DNA of 61,663 bases, filler included, from Choristocarpus tenellus KU-1152 (Eukaryota > Protista > Phaeophyceae), in the NCBI GenBank assembly GCA_964200185.2. It is 6 parts of 6 records of this genome, joined end to end, with 100 filler letters (N's around TTAATTAATTAA, not from the genome) between each part and the next. Parts side by side here need not be neighbours in the genome. Positions count along the whole stretch, not along the records: positions 1 to 21,546 come from CAXNAD020000335.1; 5 more parts are not named here. One strand, 5' to 3'. The notes below the pieces were generated by a model. It was not told where the DNA came from. It did not search any database and saw only the letters and a list, made by a program, of their open reading frames with translations. The position numbers were made by a program, and so were the translations under genes. Below are positions 1 through 12,100 of this stretch, piece by piece; within the stretch, counting starts at the first letter, position 1; each line of letters begins with the position of its first letter.

Positions 1-2
1 GG

Positions 3-1003
3 CCCGAGCTCTTTGCCACCCCCATCACCACCTCCCCTGAGGAGGTCGAGAAAGGCTACAGTTCCAAAGGGCAGTTTTCAAGGGATGAGCTGTCATCACT
101 AGGGGTAGATCAGGGCGCTCTGTCTCTCCACAGGGCAGTCTGGACTGAAGCTAAAATGCTACATGCAAGAGCACTCCGATTGGAAAGAATGGGCAAAGTG
201 ACAGCAGGAGCAATAGAAGAAAAGGCAAAGATGGCAAGTAACTATAAGAATATACTTTTCATTCTCCAAGCACCATTTTAGCAACCATTTTATTTCAGTA
301 TCACTAAAACGCTCAAGGAAACCAAAAGCTCAATTGGAGTTTCTCGACATGTTGTCAATATACACATATATATGTATATATGTATATCTACATTTATATA
401 CATTTATGCTATTGGCACAGGGGGGCATATCAATGGAGGCATTACCTTTTTGTGCTGATTTCATGTACCAATACACAGGTACTGCTCTCTTGTACACATC
501 CTGGAGTGTTATCCTGAGTGCTACGTGTTTGTAGCACTACATTGAGTAAGGGTTGGAGCAATGGATACAACACCTTGCTTTTGGCTTGTGAATACTATCA
601 CACATGTCGGTCACCGGCAGCTGATTGTACTCTGCTCTAGACTGCTCTCGTGGTCAATTACAGCTCTAGACTTTAACAGGAAAACTTCCAACACAGGTGT
701 ATAAAGAGCTGCAGGACAACCTAGATGCCCACATAGCCAAAGAAGCAGCAGCGGTGGAGGGAGTAATGTCGCTGGCATTGGACCACATTGCACGGCAAAG
801 CCCCATCGAGTTTGAGTGGAGGATTCAGGTACACCTTTATTGAGCAGCAGCAGTTGAACAATGTTAACGATACAACAAAATATGTGTTACCGATGTTACC
901 ATCAATTTCTTCAAAAACGCATTGCATGAAAAAAAAAAAAGAAGCTGAGTTGACTGGGTCTATGCATCCTCACATAAAGAACAATTGTTCCTCCTTTTTT
1001 TTT

Positions 1004-1035
<32 letters not shown>

Positions 1036-4000
1036 GGGTGGGTTGGCAAGAAGCTTTCAAATTCGATCGAAATTTACATCATAGTTGTACCTAGTCAGCT
1101 TCGAGGGTATTTATTAGGAGCAATATTACTAGTACGGGGGAGGGGTATAAGTATGTTCCTTGTGCATCCATTTTATGAATTCTAACACTAGGCTGCTGCT
1201 CTTCTCGATTGTGAGCAGGGGGAGGTATTGGAGGTGGATAAATACACTCGTCTGCTTCCTCACCCTGAATCACACCCTGAACCACAACCAAGGCCTACAG
1301 TTGCAGAGGTGAGAAAGGCACTTATCTCCTTTCTGCTGAGGATGTTGAACAATTGGTCGACTGGAAGGGAAGTTGGATCACAGAAGCAGGGGGGTGTAGA
1401 TGTGAAGTTCTTATAATCCCAACAAGAAAAAGGTTGACCAAACATATTTATTATTATTTTGCATGTTCCGTGGTTATCTATGATCGTCAGTTCATACTCT
1501 TCCTCTACTCCCAGTGATGTGTAAAAAAAAAAGATAATTCAAAAAACGATCATTCGAAAAATTATCATTAAAAAAATTATCATTCAAAAAATTATCATTC
1601 AAAAAATTATCATTCAAAAAACGATCATTCAAAAAAATTATCATTCAAAAAATTATCATTCAAAAAACAATCATTACATGCACACAAAAAAAAAAATGTA
1701 TGTTATTTTATTAATTTTATTCTCAATCATCCAAACAATACCTGATCAAAGAGTAAAGAAAAAAAAGAATAACACCATCGACGGAGAGCTCCCGACCAAC
1801 AACAAAGAAATCAAATACGAAATAAAATACGTTGGCAATTTGCAGAACCTGTGTGCACTTGAGCCTAGATGCTATTTGGAACCAAGTATAGCCATCTCGG
1901 GCTAAGTGATGCCGTCTTCCCTACTAGAAAACCCCACGGAGTAATGAGTACTCAATAGGATGCATAGCCGGTTCATCCCCCCTCCCCGGCACTTATCTTA
2001 CCTCAGTGCAGGCCCTAACCCTATCAAGACACTCGGGAGAAGTCCAACTGTCTTTTTTTCATTTCCATGGCAAATACACAGCTTCCTGTTGACTAGCATA
2101 GTACGAGGATTGGTATGATGTAACAGGACAAAGAAACTGCCCATCCCTCCAGCAGTCAGTGTGCATTGGGCGGATATGCTCCATACAATCCCCAGGAGGT
2201 CCTTACCTCCTGGCATGTCAAGAAATAAACAGCAAGTGCCTGCACAAAAAAGGAAGTGTGGTGGAGTTATGGCACAGCGATTGAAAGGGGGATCATTGGC
2301 AGTCTAATTCAGATGTTCAAACGCCTACATGGTTTTGCCCACAACCATGTATACCGTCCCACAGACCAAAGTAGACCTAACTACTAACTACCAAGTCCTA
2401 TCCAGTGGAGGGTGTAACTCAGGTCTCTTGCATACAGCGTCTGGTACAATACACTCACATGTTTTGGATGGGGAAATTTATATATATTTTTTAAGGACAG
2501 AGAGGGGACAGAGAGGGGGGGGGAAAGTCCTACATCTGACGAACTCTGACCACTTCAACTGGCGATAAAAAAATGATCAAGTAGGAACCCCACAGGTTAG
2601 TACAATGTCAAGCTTAGAAAAATAGTGACTCATTGCTTGTAATGGTACACATTGCTTGTAATGGTTAAAAATAGTGACACATTGCTTGTAATGGTTAAAA
2701 TAGGTTGTGCGTACCACTACCTTCAATAACTCCATGAGAAAACCACGTCAATCCTGCCTGCAAGGCCGAGACTGAGCTCTGGACTGGCTCAAAGTATCTA
2801 ATGGGGGGTGGCAGCTATCCATTTGGGGACCATTTTTCCATGTCGCAATTTTTGTGTGATTTGGTTGCATGCGTGGGATGGATAATGTTCACTTCTCCTG
2901 GTCAGGGTCCAAATGGACACCCTGGTGTAGAGCCCCCCCACCCTCCAGACACTTTGAGCCACTATTGCCTTCTAATTTTCTAGCACACTGGAATAGTGTA
3001 CATCAAAACATCGCCACCAAACAAAAAAAGTCCTTGGGTTTACGTGCTCTGTACAACGGAGTGAGGTTAAATGTTGTCTTTCACCGGCATTGTTGATCAT
3101 AGTCACAACTCTTTCCATGATGAGTATGGCAGCCACACTGTTATACTGATTTCACCTCAATATTGTGCTACATGCCCCCATCCAGGTGTCCCACCCTAGC
3201 TTGGCGCAAGAAACTCAATTGAGGGCAATATTGCATTCTGTCAGCCATGTTAGTGCAGATGGTGCAGCCGCTGTCATGCCTGAGACTGTTGTGGATGTGC
3301 TGTTGAGGTTAGTGATGTCGTAGCCCTAACCCCAAGTTGTGATACACGGCATATCAAAAAGAAAAAAGAGAGAGTAGCGTTATTACCTACTAGTCTACCT
3401 AAGGACTTGTCAGCACTGCCATCACCATTCCATACCATGCCAAGTAAGACCATCGCCACGGTTTTAAATTGGTTCTGTTTTGGCATGCCACAAACAATAT
3501 TAGGGTTAGGGTTAGGATGAAGTGATGATGAGTCAAAGAATCTTAGAGGGTAGAGCCGCGTCCATTTGAGGGCCAAATCCCAACGTTGCGATTTCGATAT
3601 AATTTTGGCTATCGAATTTGTTAGGAAGTGTCAAATGTCCTTGTTCCTGTCACACCTTTTCATAACATATATACATTTTACCTACTCCAAAAAAAAATGG
3701 AGTAGGAAAAATGTCATTAAAAAAAAACAATGGGAAGTCTAGCTCAAACGGACAAACAGGGCAAAACTCGCACCCTCTCTTAATAAGATACTTTCACTCT
3801 GATGAAAGATCAAGATGAAGTCAATGCAGCAGGCTTCTCACTTCCAATTCTCCTTGCTCATTATGAAATGAGACCTGTAGTGGGGGGAATTTGCTGGGGG
3901 AACGAATTCAAGTCGTTCTAGTACCCTGCAATACAAAGTAGTGAGAAAAAAGATACTGTAAGTCCAAGTCAAACACGTGCTGCCTTAGATTCCGTTACTA

Positions 4001-4943
4001 GGTAATAGCTTTCCCCACTCTGCACCATCTCTCCCTCGGCAACAGAATGCAGGAGGGGCAGGAGGGGCAGGACGACCTCCCAGACCACTGGGCCACGCTC
4101 TCCAGGGAAGATCTAGCCAAGGTGATGAGACAGTAGGCGAATAAATAGCTACAACAAGTTATGATGATCGCCTGGCATCAAATCACAATATGAGGCCCTT
4201 CTTTTTCATCTTCTTGGAGGGCTAGCTCGGTCACACTCGTCATCTAAGCAACACATGGGGAATCTTTTGAAGTATGGACCCCTGCACTGCACAACTCTTC
4301 CTTGCTCCACTAACGACTTCCACATCCAAAAGAACAACGAGTCAAATTATATTAGGGTTAGGGTAGAACCGCGTCCATATGGGGGCCGAAATCCAATGTT
4401 GCAATTTTGATGTAATTTTGACTATCGTGTTTATTAGGAAGTTGTCAATATCCTTATTCTGGACACACCTTTTCATAACATATACATTTTACCTACTCTG
4501 AAACATTTTGGAGTAGGTAAGATGCCATTAATAACCCGGGAGAAGCCAAGTCCCAAATGGACAAACAGAGAAAAACTCGTACCCTCTAAGATACTTTCAC
4601 TCAACCTTGGTCGAACATCATCAGACGTTTCTGACTTGTTTCTGACTCTACTTGCACCTGGCATGGCAATGGCAATCCACCCGGCAGAGAGCAAGAACTG
4701 ACTCTATATGGACAATACTCCTAGAACCCTCACATTGAATCAACACCCTAGAAAAGAGTTGTACTCCCTAAAAACCACCCAAACAAAACTGTCCTGCAGA
4801 TATCTTTGTGCCTCCTAGACCCCGACGATCATGGTGAAGTGCATTTGGAGGAAGTGGTGCAGATTATTATCTCCACCAGTCCAGCAGAGCTGTTAGCGGC
4901 CTTGGAGGGACCATACCAAGGTCCTTCCCCAGGGCAGGGATAG
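3..4943 (+). CDS. SPEF2: SPEF2/CPC1-like sperm flagellar (central-pair) protein, 3' part; join(<3..233,697..828,1219..1308,3186..3307,4046..4121,4800..4943), 264 aa visible
   Basis: Six exons splice in frame with consistent phases. Peptide blocks LHRAVWTEAKMLHARALRLE / VYKELQDNLDAHIAKE / RLLPHPESHPEPQPRP / LPDHWATLSREDLAKISLCLLDPDDHGEVHLEEV follow the order of motifs I recall from the SPEF2 C-terminal region, ending in an EF-hand-like loop. The first intron needs a GC donor (ATG|GCAAGT at 234). Confidence 0.7.
1527..1676. repeat. Intronic minisatellite, ~10 x 15-16 bp unit AAAAAA(T/C)(T/G)ATCATTC
   Basis: Directly visible tandem array. Confidence 0.9.
2786..2960 (+). mobile_element. MITE subfamily B copy, TSD ACT
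   Basis: TIRs GGCTCAAAGTATCT...AGACACTTTGAGCC flanked by ACT/ACT; homologous copies at 25375, 37800, 47022, 55414, 61636. Confidence 0.9.
3530..3799 (+). mobile_element. MITE subfamily A copy, TSD TGAT
   Basis: GAGTCAAAGAATCTTAGAGGGTAG...TAAGATACTTTCACTC, flanked by TGAT/TGAT. Confidence 0.9.
4339..4602 (+). mobile_element. MITE subfamily A copy, TSD AAC
   Basis: Same internal sequence as the 3530 copy; right TIR TACCCTCTAAGATACTTTCACTC; AAC/AAC flanks. Confidence 0.9.
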
Positions 4944-4984
4944 GAAACGTCACCAGCATGAATGTAAGAGAAGCACAGTGCCTT

Positions 4985-5353
4985 GAGTCACGCTATTTGA
5001 GAAGTACCCATGGTTGCATTTTGAGGATGCCGACAAGCGTTTAAAATCCGTCAAATTTCAAATTATCAAATGCATGTAGGGAGGGAACTTTCTGGGATTT
5101 TGTTGAGTATATATTTTCAATATTTATTTTTCAAACAAAATCAAAAAAATCAACAACACCCTCGGGTCAATCGTCCTTCATCAATCGACCTTCATCCATA
5201 GAAACAAGGGTGAGTTGAAAAAGACGGAAACCATTGGCTTGAAATGCAAAATGACCAAAAATGACCAAAAAGGATAAAAAATGACCAAAAAGGATCAATA
5301 ATGATCAAAAAAGGATCAAAAACGGGGAGGGAGCCACTCAGGTACCTTGACTC
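4985..5353. mobile_element. MITE subfamily C copy, TSD CTT, with internal 10-bp AAATGACCAA-type tandem repeats
   Basis: GAGTCA...TGACTC ends, CTT/CTT flanks; reverse-complement similarity to 23765..24040. Confidence 0.7.
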
Positions 5354-5804
5354 CTTATTTGCAGCAATTTCAATCGATATGGGAGCAGCAACTTGCTTTC
5401 CAGAGAGTCATAGGTACCTGCTAAGGCTGGGTTCTATCGGGATTAGGGTTAACCACAGTAAATGATAAAAAGTGTCATCATGAGACGATTAAGGTCCAAC
5501 ATGTACAAGAGGACACTTTAGGAATTTAGTATCCAGCAGCAATAAACATTTTCCAACGCAAAAAAAACAACTGTCAAAGCCAACCAGTAGCCTTTGAATA
5601 TTTCAGTGAATAAAATAAGGTTAACAAAAAAATTAATAATGTATCTATGGCGGGTAGGCGGTGTGAGTGGGCAAGCCAATGACAAGCCAGCAAAAAAAAA
5701 TCCAAGATTTGATTATTCATATCAGGTGGTTATATTCAGTTGGTCGAGGTTAAGAGAAGTAAAGTCCCATGGGCACTTTCCTTTAACAATAACAACAAAA
5801 TCCG

Positions 5805-6083
5805 GAGTCAAAGTATCTTAGAGGGTAGAGACGAGTCCATTTGGAGGCCAAAATTCAATGTTGCGATTTTGATGTCATTTTGGCTATCAAGTTTGTTAGG
5901 AAGTGTCAATATTCTTGTTCCGAACATACACATGAATGATACCTACTCCAAAAATGTATACATTTTACCTAGTCTGAAACAATTTGGAATAGGAAAATGT
6001 CATTTAAAAAAAATGGGAAGTAGCCAAGCCCAAAACGGACAAACAGGGCAAAACTCGCACCCTAACCCTAAGATACTTTCATA
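5805..6083 (+). mobile_element. MITE subfamily A copy (right end eroded)
   Basis: GAGTCAAAGTATCTTAGAGGGTAG start; internal homology to the other A copies. Confidence 0.85.
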
Positions 6084-7393
6084 GCCTGATCCACTATATC
6101 AACCAATCAGAAGGCTCAATTAAGTGACTACAATCATAACCTTTCAATTTGCTGTATTCTGGAACTGGGACTAGATTCTAAGCTGGTGCATGATCTTGTG
6201 TTGGGATACATGGCGCAGTAGACCAAATCTGTGGGGGGGGGAATATACTCCAGAATATTAATAATATTCTTGTGGTCGCAAATGCAAAGTACGTAACTGC
6301 TGGTTAGTTCAATAATCTTAATAATAATAAAAATAAGTTGGATACACGCAGATAAATTCAATTTGACTTGAATAAAACATGAATAAACATCATGTTGCAA
6401 AACCGGTTGATCTATACATCGTTTTCCGTGTAGATATAAATATTCTTCACTATCAAGGTAAATCAATCTGTAAAGTTGTGTCTACTTCAAGGCACATTTG
6501 ATTTAAAGTATGTACAAATGTGCATGTGCAAAAAAATTTAAACCTCCTTTTTTTTGTCAGTTGTGCTCATGAATTTAAAGTGATGAAGGGTGAGGTGATC
6601 GACACCTGCGCTCTCTGTTTTTACAAGAGAGAGTACCGTAGATTTCAGATACATCTGCTGGTAGCAGACTCCATCTATGGGTTGGCAAAGAAGTCTGCCC
6701 ATGGTCATGGATAGAAAAATCCCTTGACCATGGCCTCCAGAGAGAACTTCTGGATTCAGCAATTCATGCACTATGATATGAACACTTCACTCTGTACTAC
6801 ACAGTGGATACACAGGACATGACTAGATTTGGTGAGGAAAGGGGAATAGAAAGAGTGGGAAAAGCAACATGCGCCATGCTGTGCTATGCAAACCACACAC
6901 AGAAGCTGAAGATGTCAGTTATGTATCACAATCTTTGCAGAACACAACAACACAACAAACAGACCACAAGAAACATCAATGCCTAGTAATGCAATGTCAT
7001 CAACAAGCTTTAAACATAGTTGGATTGTTTGTTTACACCCAGATTCGTGTCAATGTTGAGGGGCAGGGAATATACATATAATCAAGAGCGAGATCTACAC
7101 TAATACGGCAGCGTATTTGCCACCAGGGTAGGGTGCCTTTAAGGTGCCCCCTTGATCTTGAAGTTACTTCCCAGCAGGTTCTAATATATCTAGATCCCCA
7201 CATACCACAACTAACATAAATACAATGACAAGAATATCACCCAAGTACTGTTGTTGTTGTTCATAGTCAACAGCAGTAAGACAGATTTGTAAGGCTCTAA
7301 CCAACTATTCCATACTCAACATACAGGCACACATACACACACTCTCACACGTAGTTCAACATCATGCCACTATGCCTACCCTGCCTCAACTGC

Positions 7394-8098
7394 TTACTTC
7401 CATCTAAACCATTGGTCCCTATCACTTGTAAACACTTGGCGGAAGTACACCTCCGTTTCCTGTGGACTCCAGGACTTGACTCCTTTAAACACGGCAAATC
7501 TGAACACCAAAAATAGGTGCAAGAGGGTCGCAGGCAACTTTGTCGCCATCATATCTTGATTGAAGTCTTGTCCACATCTAAGTGATACCAAACCCAACGG
7601 CCATTGCACTCCATCAAAAGGTTGGTTGAAGGAGTCGCCAAATTCGAGTAACTTTAACCCTGGTGGCAACAGTATTCCATGGACAGGTTGGTCAAAGGAG
7701 TGCCCAAATCTAAGAGACTCTAGCCTTGGTGGCCAGTGCACTCCGTTCACAGGTTGGTTGAAAGAGTCTCCAAATTTAAGCATTGCCACGGCCACTGGCA
7801 GCTGCAGGTTCTCGATAGACTGGTTGAATGACCCTTCCAGTCTCAACTCCTTCAGCCCAGTTGTCCATCTCATTTGATTCATGGGGGTATTCAGACTCAA
7901 GTGGGTGGAACACAAGGCCCTGTGCAACGTGTTTGAAGGGAGGTGTCTAAATGTAGGAGAAATGCATGATTCCAGAATCATGCCTAGTTGCTCCTTGGTA
8001 TGGATGTACACTGTTCGAGTAGTGTCATCTGTAAACCTCGCACTGCAGATTGTGACACAGGTCAATCCAATTTCTTCCGTAGCCCCCTCAGACTCCAT
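7394..8098 (-). CDS. Intronless FNIP-repeat (22-aa leucine-rich-like) protein
   Basis: Five to six 22-aa repeats: SFNQSIENLQLP, SFNQPVNGVHWPP, SFDQPVHGILLPP, SFNQPFDGVQWP, DFNQDMMATKLP, each followed by an LxxLxFG-type segment. Confidence 0.85.
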   Translation of the reverse strand: MESEGATEEIGLTCVTICSARFTDDTTRTVYIHTKEQLGMILESCISPTFRHLPSNTLHRALCSTHLSLNTPMNQMRWTTGLKELRLEGSFNQSIENLQLPVAVAMLKFGDSFNQPVNGVHWPPRLESLRFGHSFDQPVHGILLPPGLKLLEFGDSFNQPFDGVQWPLGLVSLRCGQDFNQDMMATKLPATLLHLFLVFRFAVFKGVKSWSPQETEVYFRQVFTSDRDQWFRWK

Positions 8099-8876
8099 TT
8101 CAGTGAAGATTGTACAGAGTTGCAGGTCCTGTGTCAGGCAGGTAGAGGGTGACTATGACGTTGACATAATATAGCTTGTCATTCTGCAGCGTGTTAGCCA
8201 GCACACAATTTCATTGCTTAGGTGCATTGTGGGACAGTGAGGAAAACAACTAGAGAATTAGGTCTGCCTATGGCAGACAAGAGGAATAACCAGAATAACA
8301 TGTGTTGAATGGCATGCAGCATCAGAGAGTTTGAGTTTAGATCATTTGTTCAGTAGCCCCACAAAAACAGGCAGGTACTCCTTTGTCTCACCTTATCATC
8401 TGCTTGTGGCAGCCTGTGCTCTGCAGTTGGGACCAGACACTTTCCAATGGTGCGGTGATTTACTTGCTTCTCACTCCTCCTGCAACAAGCAGGCAATGAC
8501 ATGTGCTGAGTTGATTTTGGCCTGAGCTGGTTTCAGCCTCCGAGATTTCTTTGTCAGACATATTGTAGCATACTGTAGTGTATAGTGCACAGACAATATA
8601 AGAAGAATTTACGATTATAATAAGTGCATAATAAGTATTTCTACATTATTCTAATACAATGCGTAAGTACTATTTTTGAAACAACACTGGCTGGACTGAT
8701 TTTTAAAAAGTTTTTAGACTGGTAAAATCCCTGAAGTGGATTAATTTATGGCTCTTAATATCATTGTACCTGGTTGTCACTACACTAATGCAAGCATGGA
8801 GAGGTTAAATTAATTATCATTGCCATAATCAAGGTGTCAAAGTAGCCACACTGTAGAACATGCCATTAGTGCTACA

Positions 8877-9131
8877 GACCCAAGGCATTTAAGAGGGTAG
8901 GGTCGCATCCATTCGCGATCATAAATCCAATGTTGCGATTTTGAGGAATGTTGGCTGTCGCGTTTGTTAGCAAGTATTAATATCCTTGCTCCGGACACAT
9001 CTTTTATAGTCGTATACATTTCGGGTAACTTTGTTCATATAGAAAAACAAAATGGGCATAAAAAAACGTGGGCACCAAGCCCTGAACCAACAAACAGGGT
9101 AAAACTCCTACCCTCTAAACTGCTTTGGCTC
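8877..9131 (+). mobile_element. MITE subfamily A2 copy (GACCCAAAGCATTT-type TIR), TSD ACA/ACG
   Basis: GACCCAAGGCATTTAAGAGGGTAGG...CCTACCCTCTAAACTGCTTTGGCTC. Confidence 0.85.
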
Positions 9132-12100
9132 ACGTAAAGCTGTGTGGACAATGGTTACATTCATGGCTAGGTTGTAGAAACTCGTAATAATTATTGAAGC
9201 AGAACATACCTAAGAGCTCCAAATGACAGAAAATACTTAGGTCAACAAAATGAAGTAAGGGGTATGCGTTTTTAGGCATTTCAAAGATGACGGCGACGAA
9301 AATTCTCACCAATTATCGTGATCACCAAGAATAGAGATCACCGTTTTCCCGTCAACTGGCAACTTTTTTGTCACCAACGGTGTCACTGGGAGCAGGCGCG
9401 TATGGTCATGTCTAACAACAGCACAGTAACAGTCAATGTGTGGGGAAGACGTATAGAGCGAAGAAGGGTCAGCAGCAGCAATAAGGTGCCCACAAAGAGA
9501 GATTTCTTCTTAAAAATTGGTGCGATTTCTCCGTAGTTAGAGAGTCACACCCTATAGTAGTCTTTTCGTAGGTAGGAGCGAATCCAAAGTGTATACAGCG
9601 TCATTTTCTGTGCCATGCGAAGTGTAGCAAAGCAGGGAGTATGGAGGAAGAGGCGAGTGCGGCGAAGAGAACCAAAGTTTGCGTACACGCAAAGTTACGA
9701 TACGCAAATATAGCTACGTCTTCCACAGTCCACATTGTGATTGGTGAGGTCGATTCATTGAGTATATGCCTGAAAGAAATCAGTGGTTGAGAGAAGAGGT
9801 TCATACCAATTGTGAAATTCTTGCAACGTTCGACTTTGCTCCGTAGGAATGAACATTTCAGTCCCAAAACATGTTCGAAAACTGTACCAGCAGGTATCGA
9901 ACGCGATCGAGGTTTAAGTCGACCATGCTGAACATATATTCAACTCAACTCAAAAACCTCCATTACCCCACAAGATAGAATGCGAGTGCAAGCTGGCAGA
10001 ACTTCGACCGTGAAACAGATATCCGATTTGTTTGGTTTTGATAATGTAAACAAGAGCGAGGGAGTTTGAGAAATCGAAAGAGGAAAGAATCAAAACATCA
10101 AGCGCAGAAAAGAGTTGGGTCTCTACCTAGGATGCTGCGTCATTCCGAGTTTGTAGAAGAGATGGCACCAACACACCTCTACACGAGTCGTGTACTTTAT
10201 TGTTCGATCTGTGGCCTATCAATAATGCGATATCAACTTTTGGCACGTGAACCTTGTACCTCGATCGAACAACTCGCACAGACTACAATCGAAATCTTTC
10301 CAGACAGACTCCTCACAAATGTTGGTGCATAAGCTGGAAGTGACTCCTCGGGGAGAGTTGCTTCCACCGTTTCAAATATTGTTCAGAACAACCAATTGAG
10401 ATGACCAAGAACGATTCAAGAATCGATGTTTCACACATACTACTTCAATCTATTCAATACTACATACCAAAAATAAATCACAACTTCTATTACAGTTTCA
10501 CCCATCAATCCATACAGAATAATAACAAATATTGAGCTTTTTTCTCTTTGATGGTAAAGAGATATAAATAGTATATATATATGGAGTCCTTCAACATGGC
10601 TTTATTCATATTTCCAAATACTATTCCAAAAATAAATTCTCTAGAGTATATGTCATAATAATATATAATAATATATAATTATATATATTTTTTATTTATA
10701 TATTATTATGTTCTGTAAATTTATCATGTACACGACTCTATCCTCAATGAAATTTTGAAAATATGTATTGAGCACATGTTTCGGGGAAAAGAATATGACA
10801 TACACCACTAACGTTGTCAATTGCAAAGAAAAAAATATGCTAGTATATCTCACCTTGTATAAATATGTCGAGTAAATGTCAAAAACGGTACACTAAAAAT
10901 GCAAAATATACTATGAAACGATGTTTCCCACAGCAACTGTTTACAGTACGTACACCTGTTTTCTCTACCACAAGCATTTGTGAAATGTGCACTATATTCT
11001 TGCTCAGAATTGCGTGCAAGCAGCAAGATACGCAAAGTAAGAAAAGTAAAACGTGGTGTGTACGATTCACAGGTAGGGGCGTAGGAGGGAGAAGAAGAAA
11101 TTATCGTTCACATTCATTTAAAGCGCCCCTGATTAGATATAGACAGGGAACTGGCTACCTTTTGGTACCCTGAAAGCAAATATTTATTGGATCCTTTAAG
11201 TACGACATGAATATTACATTATTGCAAACAAGGAAACATCGGAAAACGTGGTATCTTCTCTTACTAATAATTTTACTTCAGAGTTCTTTAGTAAGTTGGT
11301 ACTACTTATTGCTATCAGTGTAAGCACCTGAACATGTATCTGTCATCCTCCGAGTGGAAGGTGCAACTCACAGACACCCTCAAATATCTTCAAAGTCTAA
11401 AGAGTCCTTTCTTTGAACTGACTGAGAAGGGGGATGTGAAATTAACTCGTTAACTGACAAGATGAAATTGGTCCGCCAAAAACATCTTGCAGCGGCATGT
11501 GTGAGTAAAATACTCTCATCACTGTGACAACTAACTGTTTTCTGTATCATCCTCATCAACGAACAGCTGGTTTTCACATAACGCACCCAGTGTGATCTTA
11601 CTTTGACTAACCATGAACTGCAAAATATCTACTACAACTGTACATAGGAGTAGTAGCAAGAACTGGACACCAAATCACTTTTTAAATGGCAGTATAGTAG
11701 TTGGACTTTTGTTTTACCGAATCAATTCATAGTTTTGTTCTCCTTGGGCGCTTCAATTATTAGAAAGTATTGAATATAATTTGTCTATTTCAACAAACTG
11801 GTCATAATTCTACTAATACCATAGAGGATGAGACACATACGTCCCAGATCCCAGTGCAGGAGCAGTGAGGTTGATGATATTTTGAGACGCCTTCATACTT
11901 TCTCCAATTCAAAATTAGGGCATCTCTCATTGATGTTCTAGTACTGTGTACTATTGAAGAGCCTTTTTTGTTTGTTAAAGGGGTGAACTTTCATGCATCT
12001 GAAGGAATTATGCACAGTGAGATTACATGTACTCCTGATTAGAGAGAAGAGTAGTTGGACGTCAGAAAATAATATTCCAAATTTTTCCTTTTCCTCGCCT

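Noticed and set aside
1527-1676. Regular repeat array as a possible CRISPR
   Set aside because: No unique spacers, 15-bp unit, lies in a eukaryotic intron.
7560-7877. Plus-strand ORF with repeated GWLKESPN
   Set aside because: Antisense shadow of the FNIP repeats.
9330-9500. Minus-strand GHLIAAAD resembling the RGH motif of non-specific endonucleases
   Set aside because: Short, in a stop-ridden frame, with no supporting downstream motifs.
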